From: Pristiophorus japonicus
Taxonomy: Eukaryota
NCBI RefSeq assembly: GCF_044704955.1
Contig: NC_091979.1
Coordinates: 281,480,001-281,544,000, forward strand
DNA length: 64,000 nt
Direction: 5' to 3'
The notes beneath the pieces were generated by a model. It was not told the origin of the DNA, ran no database searches, and saw only the letters and a list, made by a program, of their open reading frames with translations. Positions 37,072 to 49,926 of the stretch are shown one piece after another (the first letter of the stretch is position 1; each line of letters starts with the position of its first letter). A program made the translations under genes and the position numbers.

Positions 37072-40000
37072 AATATTTCAAGTGTATTGAAAGTTGGTAC
37101 CTACATTATGTTAACATTTTCCAAAGCATAAAATGTATTGTAGCCGTATACATTTCTACTTAATACTTTGCATTAAAAACTTACAGAAAATAATTTTGGC
37201 AGATCGTAAGATAGAAAAAGGTGTCTTTGAGCACCTTATACTCACCCTTATGTAAATAATGATTTTTAGTCTAGTTCAATTAAACTGATCCTATTGAAAG
37301 TACAGTTTGATTACCCACCTGCAAATCAATCAGGCATTACAAGATTCAAATGATTATATAACTTGACAAAATGGTTTAGAAAGTATTGGAATATTTTAGA
37401 GGTGAAAAATTGGAATGAAGACTATCTTGCTGCGTGTATAATGTATATATATGCATTTTATTGTTGCTAATAAAATACAACTCAAAGTTAATTTGGTACA
37501 CTCCAATCTGCTGCACTGCACAGCTTTCATTCAGTCACTGATAAACAGCACAACAGATAATCATCAAATTCTATAAAGATTATGGTGTATCATTATAATT
37601 ATCCAAAGTACAGAGAGAATGCCAGGAGCGGAAAACAATTCCCTTTGCTCTTTTATGAAAGACTTCATCTGAACTCTTGTAACTCAGCCTTCACATTAGT
37701 AACATTTTACAAATACACATTTAACCTCTCTACAGTTTGATACTTGGCAGTTATAATTTACTCTGTATTCGACATTTTTTTCTGGAATGTATAGATTTAC
37801 CACGAGATTGTAACCTATTGTGAAAAAAATATTGTTTCAAAGCCTTTTAGTTTCCATCCAGAGAGCAAAATATATTTTTCAGAATTCAAGTTAGTATATA
37901 TCAGGGCTGGTATTTTCTAAAAAAAAAAATCAATACGTTTACATTGATACTCGGTTTTGAATTTGGATAACCAGGGCAGCTAAACAAACATTCCTTTCAG
38001 TATGTGTTCAGGATTTGTGTATTTTTCCCTGTTAACAACTGTAGATCTTCTAATAATTTGTTTAAATGACAATGAAAGTTTTGAATTGCAGATTATTATA
38101 TGTAAGTGGTTTATGGTGGCACTCAAATACAGATAATGGTCCTTTTCTTCATATTTTTTTTCAGCTTGTAAAGAGCATTTCTGTAGGGCATTGCATTTGT
38201 CACCCAATTCTGAACTGTATGAGAAAGGCAATACTAGGAAGAGGCTAAGTAAAGATGTCTAAAGTCAATGAAGAATGGTATTTTGAACGGTAAATTCTGC
38301 AGGCAAAATAAGCGAAGGATAACTTTGACATTGTAAAAGTATCTCTGCAGAGATAGATGGTATCATAGGTATTAACAGGAAAGTCATAGGATGGAAGTGA
38401 ATGTGTTTCTATGGAAGCTGTAAATCTGAAGATCAGGGCCACAGGGTGACACTTTATCATCTGAATCATTTGAACTTGGGCCTTAGTTATAAGGGACTGA
38501 CACTTCTTAAATGGATGAAGTACTGGGTCACTGCAAGGAAAAAAGGTACATATCTGAGATACACCTGAGTAGTATGTCAGTCTCCAGATTAGCAATCACA
38601 TGGGTCATGTCTTTTAAAAGCATGATTTATAACAAACGCTTTGACTTACTAAACTTAATGGTGAGTGTGAAAGGAAATTATTGTTTTTGTCTTATTTATT
38701 TAAAGCTTACATCAAATAATGAGTTATTTAAACATTTGACTTTCAGATGTTAAATATTTTATTAATGCGACAATGTAATCTACTTAACTATCCCGCAAAA
38801 ACATCCAGGATTGGGGAAGTTACATCTTTACTTAGCTAGGGAAAATTTGTAATTTGCTATAATAAAAAGCTTTAATAAATGATAACACTTGGTGCACTTT
38901 CCTTTTATTTATTGCATAGATTTATTTTGTGCTTTATACTCCTGATTTCTGTCATGCAATTTCTGCCAGTGTGATTTCATGTAATCTAATGGCAATAATG
39001 AATATTTTAAACCTGAAATTTAAAAATGCACCAAACCAGAGAAAATGCTATCATGCATAAAATTTCTGAATATAGAAAATACATGATTAAAAAATAGTTT
39101 TTAAGCAGTTAAAATAAAATATTCAATTTGAGAACTGTAAATGTTTAGTGTTTTGATTTTTTTCTCAGTTCAGTATGAAGCAATTAACAGATTGTTCATT
39201 TAGAATAGTTACATTTAAGAAACCATTTGCCATTTGGAGCTCTCAGGAACAATTTTGTAAAATTGTCCCATACTATGATCTCTGTAGAAACAATCAAATT
39301 GAACACCAATTTGGTTGTTCTGCCTCTGGTAAAACCCAGAAATGAGCCTGTGTTGATCCATATAACTGGCATTGAATCTGTTTACCACCATTGGTTCATT
39401 CTCTGTGCTGGTAAGTAGATCACATTAGCATATGGCTGAATGAATAGGCAAGCACAATGACCACTGGCGTCCTTTGAAACCGAAACTGCCACTCAAATGT
39501 GAAAGTACACGTTTGCTACTGTTGGAAATAGCTAAGTTAAGGCTATCTCTGGTCACTTTAATAATCAGGATCAACTGTAAACTAATCTGGTGGGTATATT
39601 GTGTGTGTTCAGCATTTAAGATGGAATATAACACATTAGTTATACAGCAAAAACATACGACTGTAATAAGTAGTTGATACCGATCCGATCGGGCAAACAG
39701 CTGGCACACGTCAGCAGTTTTTTGGCTTGTAGCCATCTAGAGCTTCCTACAGTAAAGCATGGGATCACTCAAGAGTGTTCGACTAGCCCAACTTCTGTTT
39801 TACTCTCTCCTTACACTGTTTGTGTGGACAACCTTGAGGAGGCTAATTTTATTCTCTTCTTAGAGGTGGGCCTGACATGGGATATTGAAAATACTTTTTG
39901 ACCTATAGGGATTCTCCTAAATCCACAATACCCAATGAGGCTTTTAGTTCTTTGTCTCGATTCTTGTGTCAAAGCCCTTCTGAAAGATGTCTCATGTTCT

Positions 40001-40286
40001 TGACCACATGTCTTTCTTTGTTTATACTTTCCCAGGGTTTCTCTCTTTGAAATTTGTGTCTTATCTCTTTCGTCCCTATGCTGCCTTTGATCTCATGAGG
40101 CCAAACCAGAAAACTGCTCGCTTCAAAGTGTTACCTCCTTTATGACATAGCAAATGTTTATGCTAACTCTCACAACTTCCATCCATTCTAAGTCTTTCTA
40201 TAACAAATTGTCTTAAAGATATATAAACAAAGTTGAGGTCTTAATTTGAAAACAACATATAATGGTTGTCTTAGTGCAGAATGCTA

Positions 40287-42706
40287 CATTCTTCAGCAGT
40301 CCCTCGGAGTTGAGGATAACTTGCTTCCACACTAATGAGTTCTCAGGTGACTGATGAGTCCAATGCGGGACCTACAGTCTCTGTCACAAGTGGGGCAGAC
40401 GGTGGTTGAAGGGATGGGTGGGTGGGGTGCTTTGGTTGTCATGCGCTCCTTCTGCTGTTTGCGCTTGGCTTCCGCTTGCTCCCGGAGAAGAAACTCGAGG
40501 GATTCGGCGTCTTCCCAGATACTTCTCCTCCACTTTGAGTGGTCTTGGGCCAGGGATTCCCAGGTGTCGGTGGGAATGTTGCACTTTTCCAAGGAGGCTT
40601 TCAGGGTATTCTTGAAGTATTTCCTCTGCCCACCTGGGACTCGCTTGCCATGTCGGAGCTCTGAGTAGAGCGCTTGTTTTGGGAGTCTAATATCGGGTAT
40701 GCAGACAATGTGGCCCGTCCATCAGAGCTGATCGAGCGTGTCCAATGTTTCGATGCTGGGGATGTTGGCCTGGGCAAGAACACTGACATTGGTGCACCTA
40801 TCCTGCCAATGGATTTGCAGGATCCTGCGGAGGCAGCGGCGATTCTTCTCCAGTGCTTTGAGGTGTCTGCTATAGTATTAGGCAGTCCCTCGTATTGAGG
40901 ATGACCTGCTTCCACACCAAAAAGGGATGAATTCACAGGTGTTTCAATGAGGGACCTGACATTCTAGGTCCCGAACTACATACTGAAGGGTGGAAGATGC
41001 CTGTGCATGGATTCTTTTAATGTGGGGTGGCCGTTGCACACCAGCCACCACACGGGCTTGACAGAGCCAGGTCTTGATCCAGTGGCAAGGGTTAAACAAG
41101 ACAACTGGAGACCAAGCTCTGCTGCAGACCAAGCTCTGCTGCTATACATAGTCCATGTCTCTGAAGCATATAGAAGGGCAAGTATCACTACTGCTCTGTA
41201 AATGAGTACCTGCCATTCTTTGCCCTCAGTGGGGTAGAACCTTGAGTGATTGGGCCGCAGGTGGTCTTGATTGTGTTAAAGAATCCACACACGTCGTGGT
41301 TGTCGGCTTGTTGCTGGGTCTCCTGCATTTTGCCTACCCACCATCTGTTTTTTAGGTCGCAAGTTTTATGTTGGACTTCGGCCGTCAGACGTGTATAGAG
41401 CTGCTTTCTTGCTCTCGAGTTATGTTGCTGTTTCCAGTTCAAGAATGCCTTGTGTTTGCAGCTTATTAGCTCCTAGATCTCCTGGTCATTCTCGTTAAAC
41501 CAGCCTTGATGTTTCCTGATTGAGTGACCAAGCGTCTCTTCACAGGTGCTAATTATGGAGGCCTTGAGGGCAGACCAGGCACTATGGACACTCTGCCTCT
41601 CCGGTTCACTGGAAGTTGTCAGGTTGGTTGTGAGGTGCTGGCTGAATAGAGCTTTCTTAGCAGAGTCTTTGAGTGCTCCAGCATTGATTTTTGTGTGGCA
41701 GTATTGCTGTTGCAGCCGTTGTTTTGGGGCTACATTGATGGAAGTGACAGAGCGGATTAAGCGGTGGTCTGTCCCACCGTCGTCAGCTCCTGTCATGGCG
41801 CGGGTGATGCGGATGTCCTTGCTGTCCCTCGCTCGGACGATAACGTAGTCTCGCAAATGCCAGTGCTTGGTGTGAGGATGTTGCCATGAGGCCTTGTACT
41901 TGTCTCCGATGGAACAAGGTGTTGGTTATGACAAGACCATGTTCTAAGCATTTAATCAGGAGGAGGTTACCGTTGGAATTGGTTTTCCTTAGCCCCTCTG
42001 CCGATCACACCGCCCTAGAGGTCTGTGTCCTTTCCAACTCTGGCGTTAAAGTCGCCAAGGAGGATCAGCTTGTCGCCCATTGGGACTCGGGACAGGGATT
42101 GTTCAAGGCTGTAGTAGAATTCCTCTTTGGCTTTGTCTGTGGTTTCCAGTGCTGGGGCACACGCACTGATGACTGCAGCGCACTGGTTCCGGGCTAGGTA
42201 AGCCAAAGGATAATGAGGTGTTCGTTTATCCTGCAAGGGGAGTCTCTGAGATGCCCCTTCTGGTCTCTGAGATGCATTCTTCTTCTGGTTTACCTTTCCA
42301 GAGGAAGGTGTAACCACCACCTTGTTCCTTGAGCTGGCCTTCCCCTGCCTGCCAAGTCTCGCTTAGGGTGGCGATGTCTATGTCGAAATGTCTGAATTCT
42401 CAGGCAGCGATAGCAATACGGCGTTCCGGTCTGTCGCTGTTGGGGTTGTCCATGAGGGTCCTGACGTTCCAGGTCCCGAACTTCATTTTAAAGGGTGGAA
42501 GATGCCTGTGCGTGAATTATTTTAACGTGGGGTGGCCGTTGCACACCAGCTACCACACGGGCTTGACAGAGCAAGGTCTTGGTCCAATGACCAGGGGATC
42601 CAAGATGATTGGAGACCAGGTTCTGCTGCATAAGCCTAGTACACACACACGCACGCACACATTCCTACTGTCCTCCTCCCTCCTTCACACAGGTCCTCTA
42701 TACAAT
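40287..42706 (-). mobile_element. RTE LINE with both ends but the RT domain deleted
   Basis: 5' UTR, MKFGTWNVRTL endonuclease start, LLGDFNARVG, DHRL. At about 41200 it jumps from the linker to YRAVVI. 3' CPTC finger. Candidate TSD atgcta (40281-40286 and 42707-42712). Confidence 0.88.
40875..41139 (-). mobile_element. Short bipartite RTE-derived retroposon, copy 2
   Basis: Same 5'UTR plus 3'-end fusion as 25737-25974; TSD tgctata (40868-40874 and 41140-41146). Confidence 0.85.
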
Positions 42707-42879
42707 ATGCTATAACATCTCAGCAGGGCACCAAAACATTAGCATATCGAAGCATCTAATACTAGTCTGAGGAGACATTTTGTCTCCAGTTCAAAACAAC
42801 GATTTAAACATCGCATTCTTCATTTTTCATGTCAGTTTTATACATTTTGAACCCCTGATTTCTAACACTGCACATGGCA

Positions 42880-44130
42880 TGGCATATAAATAGTAAACGG
42901 ATAGTAAGAGGAGTGGTGGGGTCGATTAGAGACCAAAAAGGAGACCTACGCACGGACGCAGAGGGCATGGCTGAGGTAGTAAATGAGTACATTCCATTTG
43001 TCTTTACCAAGGAAGAAGATGCTGCCAAAGTCATAGTGAAAGAGGAGGTAGTGGAGATACTGGAGGGATGGAAATTGATAAAGGAAAGGTACTGGAAAGG
43101 CTGGCTATACTTAAAGTAGATAAGTCGCCTCTTGGGATGCATCCTAAAATGCTGCAGGAAGTAAAGGTGGAAATTGCGGAGGTACTGGCCATAATCTTCC
43201 AATCCTCCTTAGATACGGGGCTGGTGCCAGAGGACTGGAGAGTTGCAAATGTTATACCCTTGCTCAATAAAGGGTGTAAGGTTAAACCCAGCAACTACAT
43301 GCCAGTCTGTTTAACCTCGGTAGTGGGGAAGCTTCTGGAAACAATAATCCGGGACAAAATTAACAGTCACTTGGACAAATCTGGATTAATTAAGGAAAGC
43401 CAGCATGGATTTGTTAAAGGCAAATCATGTTTAACTAACTTGATTGAGTTGTTTGATGAGATAACAGAGAGGGTTGATGAGAGCAATGCGGTTGATGTGG
43501 TGTACATGGACTTCCAAAAGGCGTTTGATAAAGTGACACATAATAGGCTTGCCAACAAAGCTGAAGCCCATGGAATAAAAGGGACAGTGGCAGCATGGAT
43601 ACAAAATTGGCTAAGTGAGAGGAAACAGAGAGCAGTGGTGAATGGTTGGACTGGAAGAAGGTATACAGTGGTGTTCCCCAGGAGCCTGTACTGGGACCAC
43701 TGCTTTTCTTGAATATATTAATGACTTAGACTTGAGCGCAGAGGGCTCAATTTCAAAATTTGCAGATGAAACAAAACTTGGAAGTATAGTGAACAGTGAG
43801 GAGGATAGTGATAGACTTCAAGAGCACATAGACAGGCTGGTGGAATGGGCGGACACGTGGCAGATGAAATTTAACGCAGAAAAGTGTGAAGTGATACATT
43901 TTGGTAACAAGAACGAGGAGAGGCAAAATAAACTAAAGGATACAATTCTAAAGGGGGTGCAGGAACAGAGAGATCTGGGTGTATGTGTACACTAATTGTT
44001 GAAGGTGGCAGAGGAGGTTAAAAAAGCAGTTTAAAAAAGCATTCTGGGCTTCATAAATAGAGGCATAGAGTACAAAAGCAAGTAAGTTATGTTGAGCCTT
44101 TATAATATATACTGGTCTGACCTCAACTCT
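42880..44130 (+). mobile_element. CR1 LINE RT fragment
   Basis: [50 protein letters not shown]. Confidence 0.93.
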
Positions 44131-44602
44131 TGCCTATACGATAGTAACTAGAACATCTCTAGCAATTACTTCTCCTCCCACTCCCACATGTCACCTGAAG
44201 AATGCCTCAAAGATCCATCCTTAGCTCCCTCCACTTCTTCAATTGCAGAATGCTTCTTGGCAAATCATTAATTTCAGATGCATGGTTTCTTTGCTTGCTT
44301 GAGTGTATCTCATTTTATCCCAATATTGTTGCAACTTAATCACATGAGAATGACTATAGCTACCACAGAGGTCATACTTTTGTTCTACTATAAAGGCACC
44401 ACTGGGTCAGACACTACCCTTGTTGATGTATCAATGAGAGATACTTTGGGTTTCTGTTTATCTCCTATTACTTTGTTATCCCACATATCTGTGGCCATTA
44501 GTTATTCGCCTGTAAAGCAAGCTGAGCTACATAAACTGCAATTTAATTTAAACAATTATGGCAATATTAGTATATCTACAACAGTTGACTCGGCCTAAAT
44601 TC

Positions 44603-45012
44603 TCCAGAGTTTAAAAGAATGAGAGGTGACTCAGTGAAACATACAAAATTCTTACAGGGCTTGACAGGGTAGATGCAGAGACGATGTTTCCTCTGGCTGG
44701 GGAGTCTAGAACCAGGGGTCACAGTCTCAGAATAAGGGCTCAGCCATTTAGGACTGAGATGAGGAGAAATTTCTTCACTCAGAGGGTGGTGAACCTTTGG
44801 AATTCTCCACCTCAGAGGGCTGTGCAGGCTCGGTCATTGAGTATATTCAAGACAGAAATCGGTAGATTTTTGGATATTAAGGGAATCAAGGGATATGGGG
44901 ATAGTGCAGGAAAGTGGAGTTGAGGTCGAAGATCAGCCATGATCTTATTGAATGGCGGAGCAGGCTCGAGGGACTGAATGGCGTACTCCTGCCCCTAATT
45001 CTTATGTTCTTG
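44603..45012 (+). mobile_element. CR1 3' end
   Basis: MFPLAGESRTRGHSLRI...RRNFFTQRVVNLWNS; tail ttcttatgttctt. Confidence 0.9.
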
Positions 45013-45241
45013 TGCTCTCTTAAATCAGGTATGCATTTTGAGATTCTGTTGTTGTTAACCAAGCCTGAATAAAGGTGTATCATAATGGTTTCTCAGGTTC
45101 TTAGAATAAGCAGTCTATGGTTTTAATAGTTGTCAAATAAACTACAACTCGATTATTTTCTACAGATTCTGGTGAACATTATGCTGCATCCTCTGTACTT
45201 TGCAATTTCTTTAATGAGAATGATTTTGCTGCAGTAATGAT

Positions 45242-45597
45242 GGGGTTGATTTTAACTCGGGATGTTCGGGGTTGCAGGGCGGGAGGGAAACCCCTTCGGG
45301 TAAGCTCAGCGTGAAGCCCGAGCTTCATTTAAATAATCCAGGTCAGTCTCTCGCCCAAACCCGGTGGGGTTGACATCAGTACCAGCGGGCCGGAGAAAAA
45401 CTCGGTTCAGGAGCTGGAGGGTGCCGAGGATCCAGTTAGATTAGAACTCCCGCCCTCCTGCAGCAGGAGCCCCAGCTGACCTCAAAATCAGTGAAGATAA
45501 AATGTCAGCAGGGCGGAACGATGTGGCCTTAAATAGACTCAGACAAGTTTAACCCTTACCACGCACTGTTCTCGCTGGACGGGGTATTAAAATAAAA
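45242..45597. mobile_element. Non-autonomous TIR-like element
   Basis: ggggttgattttaac start and degenerate ttaaaataaaa end; GC-rich; similar termini at 13535 and 59103. Confidence 0.5.
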
Positions 45598-46955
45598 GAG
45601 TGTTTTTATACTCTTGTGTGAACATTATCAGCCACTGGTTTAACAGTGAGTTTGGCACAAAAGTATCAAATACATTATTTCCACTATATATTAATATCTT
45701 AGTGGAAAATTAAAAATGTATGAAACTTGTGTTTCCTGTCGTTATTAGAGAAGGATGGGACAAATTCAATTTCACTTTCCCACAGCACTAATAAACTTAA
45801 ATTTGCTCTAACTCTCCAGAATAGAAAGCAACAGCAATTGTATTTTGTGACTTAAAAATGAAACCAGCTAAATTAAATAAAATACAGAGTTCAGGGAGTG
45901 AGTCCGAGGCAGTAATTTAATCCCAGGGTTCAGTTAATATTCATAAATCACTGATGTCATCTGAACACCTTGATTAGATTATAGTCTTGTTACTCTTCAA
46001 TCTTGGGTATCCATTTTTCTAAGATATAATTGTATGTAATATGCATGTCAAGGTGCCAGGTTGTGATAGGAAATGAAACACAATTTTTTTCCATTTTTCA
46101 CCCAGTGACAAGCTTAGAGCTTTTCCATATTATCTTGAACAAGAGGCCACAGTTCTTCCTATGTTATGGTGTGAGTCCTAACTCCTGAGAGAAGAGCACA
46201 TTTAACAGTGCATCTCTGTTGTGCTGGCTGGACTATTGTGGCTGTATAACCTAGACCCACTACTCACCTCTAGCAACTGGTGACTCCACTGGATGGGTAG
46301 GCTTAAAATTGCCCTCATTATTTCAAATGAATGGCTGTTTTAGATCAGAGAGTAGTTTTACTTACTGGACCTTTGTCTGCTGGAATAAGGATTGGACAAT
46401 CAAATCTCACTTCAATTATGATATCTTGAGGAAATAATCCAGGTATTATAGAAATAAAGTTGATTTGTACATCTTGAGTCATCTAATGTAGATGCAAACT
46501 TATTAATGACAGATTTTTCTTTGCTCAAGACCCTTTCAGCACCGCATGTCACCATAATATAACCGCTTTTTGAATATAATATATTCTTATTTGGAATATA
46601 TTTATATTTACATTGCTGTTATCTTGCATGTACAATTCTGATTATACCATTAAAAGATTTTAATATTTTGAACTGTCATGCCTTAGTGGCAGATGTTAAA
46701 ATCTTGCACCATTATCTGTACATCAAGGATGTTCTCATACAGCCCAAGATTGTTAAGAGTGAGGCAAAAGAAATGCCAGTTGGTGTTACAACACTCTATA
46801 TTTCTGTGACGTACAATATGTTAGAAAAAAATAAAATTGAGTATACGAGAATGATGGACAAGAAAAGACCAACTGTTCCATTGCGACTGCCCCTCACAGT
46901 CACGGTGCCTTAAGCATCATGATTCACGACAGCCCCACCCACCAATAGCCAAGTA

Positions 46956-48123
46956 GGCCGGAATTCTCTGGATGTAGGCGGGTTGGGGGAGGGGATGGGG
47001 GCCTCCGAGGCAGGCAGGAACCCTGGGAGGCCGGGTTTCCCACTGGCCCTGCTGACGTCACTGGAAGGGCCTGATTTGTAAGTGAGACCTAAGATTACCA
47101 GACGGTGCCTGCCAGATTGGGAGGCTGGCTGGCTGTGGGTGGGTAGTTGCAGAGAGGGAGCGAGGAGTCGGTCCAGGAGAGGGATTGCGGAGGGGGTGGG
47201 GTTGGGGAACGTCTGCCTCAGAAGATCGCAGGAGGTGGGAGGGTCAGAGAATGGCTGCCTCGGAGAGGGGGGGAGGGTCGGTGAACAGCAGCTTCTGGGA
47301 TCGCGGGGTTGGGGGTGGTCGGGGAATGGCTGCCTCGGTGATCGCAGGGAGCGTGGATGTCAGAGAACGGTTACATCGGGGATCATGGGGAGGGGGGTTG
47401 GAAGATAGGGGTTGGTCAGCCTGAGAGTGGTGGTGTTGTGGGGGCGTGGTCAGCCTGAGATCGGTAGGGGGTGTGGGAGGTGGGGGGCAGGGTGATCGGC
47501 CGGAGATCAGTGCGGCTGGGAGGGGTGGGGGGTCAGCCTGAGATCGATGGGGTTGTGCGGGGGGGTGGTCGGCCGGAGATCAGTGGGGTTGGGAGGGGTG
47601 GGGGGGTCAGTATGGGGTATGGGGAAGTGGGGTCGAGCATTGGCAGGAGTGTGGAGAGGATTGGGGCCGGCCACAATAGCATAGTGGCCAGCCTTAGCAT
47701 CATTGTTGGGGTGGGGGAGGGGCAGGCCTCATGGTGCGGATCGGAAGCCTCGAGGTGGGGTCTCCGATCACAGGGGATGGATATGGTAGGGACCTTAGAT
47801 TCAGGGGGTATGTATAAAGCCACTTGCCTCCTGGATGCAGCAGTACCTGCCTCGATTTAACTGCCGGGTTTCACTAATTGTGTGAAGCCCATCCACATGT
47901 GGTTAAATTCAAAATGGAAGGGAAAAAGAGGCTTCTAGCCTTATTACAATATTTAAGTTGCTATCACCCCCTGGCAAACGGGTTGGCTACCCGCAACCGA
48001 CCCACCTCTGACAAAACTGGAAGTGGGCAATTTGGAGACGGGATCAGGTCAGGAATCCCATTTTTGACAATTTAACTGCCCCCACGCTCCAAACTCACAT
48101 TTTTTTTAGGACAAATTCCAGCC
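46956..48123. mobile_element. Non-autonomous Harbinger-like element with G-rich core
   Basis: gta|ggccggaatt ... aattccagcc|gta: TIR 9/10 and 3-bp TSD GTA. Confidence 0.72.
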
Positions 48124-48231
48124 GTAATCTCCTAAGAGACAAAACAACAGATTCTTAATTAAGGCCGAATTAGGGAGAAAGAAATCTGGAAAATTCCTCT
48201 CTGACTCCCTTAGACAATCAAAGCTAGTCCA

Positions 48232-48617
48232 GGGGGTGATCTTATCGAAACGTGTAAGATTATGAGGGGGCTTGACAAGGTGGATGCAGAGAGGATGTTT
48301 CCACTGATGGGGGAGACTAGACCTAGAGGGCATGGTCTTAGAATAAGGGGCCGCCCATTTAAAACTGAGATGAGGAGAAATTTCTTCTCTCAGAGGGTTG
48401 TGAATCTGTGGAATTCGCTGCCTCAGAGAGCTGTGGAAGCTGGGACATTGAATAAATTTAAGGCAGAAATAGACAGTTTCTTAAACGATAAGGGGTTATG
48501 GGGAGCGGGCAGGGAAGCGGACCTGAATCCATGATCGGATTAGCCATGATCGGATTAAATGGCAGAGCAGGCTCGAGGGGCAGTATGGCCTACTCCTGCT
48601 CCTATTTCTTATGTTCT
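48232..48617 (+). mobile_element. CR1 3' end
   Basis: ORF 48262-48534 (GLDKVDAERMFPL...RRNFFSQRVVNLWNSLP); tail ttcttatgttct. Confidence 0.9.
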
Positions 48618-48862
48618 CAAATAGGATCAAAATTAGTCCAGTGCAGTGCAAAAAAGATGAATAATGCCAACTTTTTCCTCCTTGGCCAGTTTACCACTGA
48701 AACTGCACTTCTGCCTGGCCTGTGTTACACTTCCAAGAACCATTTGATTTTTCTCCGTGACCTGCATTACATATTCATGTTGACTCCCATCCATATTAGC
48801 CTGAAGGGTGGATTGGGGAGAAAAACCTGGTGCTGCTGCAGCAGCTGAAAGAACTGGGGCAG

Positions 48863-49075
48863 CCAGTTTGGTCAGTTGGTAGCACTCTCACTTATGAGTC
48901 GAAAGGTTGTGGGTTCAATTCCCACAAAATCTAGGCTGAATATTTATTGCAGCACTTGGCAGCTGCATTTTGTACGTCACACACCAGTGACTACATTTTA
49001 AAGTACTTCATTGTAAAGCACTTTGGGATGTCCTGACGTCGTCAAAGGCGATATATAAAACCAAGGCTGTCTTAT
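48863..49075 (+). mobile_element. Deu-type SINE, internally deleted
   Basis: tRNA-like head ggtcagttggtagcactctc...gggttcaattccc joined to tail gtaaagcactttgggatgtcctga...ggcgatatataaa. Confidence 0.75.
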
Positions 49076-49926
49076 TTTTCTTTCATATGATGGCACACAG
49101 ACCTTTACTTTCTCTACTTAGTTAATAATGGGGAACCAGAATACCGCCAAAGACAATGAAATGCCACCTCGACTACCCACAACCTCCTACCAATGTCCAA
49201 ATTAGAAGCTAGGATTGACAAGTCATGCAATAGTAGGCACTAAGGGAAGGGATGATGATCTTTAACGTTAGGGAGGTTGTCAGATTTATTTTCATTGGAA
49301 TGTTTTTTAATCAATGATGGGAAATGTGCAGTACAATTTGGGACAAGGTGGAGGAATCCCGACGAGAAGGAGCAGTAGAATTTTTCCTGAACGTGAGCTG
49401 TCGTGATTCTGGAGGAAGAGCTACATGTCAGCAAAAGATTGAGTTCAGTTCCTTGCCAAAGGGGAACCATGATAGCAGGACTCATTTAGCTGAAGGTCTC
49501 CCTTGTGAGCTCTGCCCACAGCTGGCAAGCAGCTGGCACAACTCAGTTATTGCTTTGTGAGGGAAATGCAACCTCATCTAGCATTGCTTGTGTTAGGCTA
49601 AAGTAGAGGTGTGGGTAACAGCGGGTGTGGGGATCTGGTCTTGGGAGAATTAGGGAGGTAAAAGGAGTAAATAAGAATATTACGTGAACAAAAATTGTAA
49701 AAGTCTAATGCTAAACATTCAAATCAAAGTGAATGTTTTCCCACTCACACTGTTTTCTAACCAAACTGCTACCTCCTTCAATTTTTTCTGAGTACAAAGA
49801 TCTTACGGAACCATAAGTGCTCAAAGGATTAATTAATATAGTTTAGCAATAACTACTGGCTGCTATTGGGTCAGTTGGGGGTGATTGTTTAAGTACTTAT
49901 AAGGACCTGTGATTTTCTTTGTGTAG

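Larger units (their letters stand above)
39520..42867. mobile_element. Solo LTR, copy 2 (inverted relative to copy 1), split by an RTE
   Basis: tgttggaaat (39520)...atttctaaca (42867). 39520-40286 and 42707-42867 are reverse-complement homologues of 21861-22803. Flanks ctac/ctgc suggest a 4-bp TSD. Confidence 0.82.

Noticed and set aside
38245-38595. 116-aa minus-strand ORF in unique DNA
   Set aside because: No recognisable motif or splice structure; length is compatible with chance.
48863-48930. tRNA gene
   Set aside because: A/B-box head continues into SINE body and tail; no complete cloverleaf.
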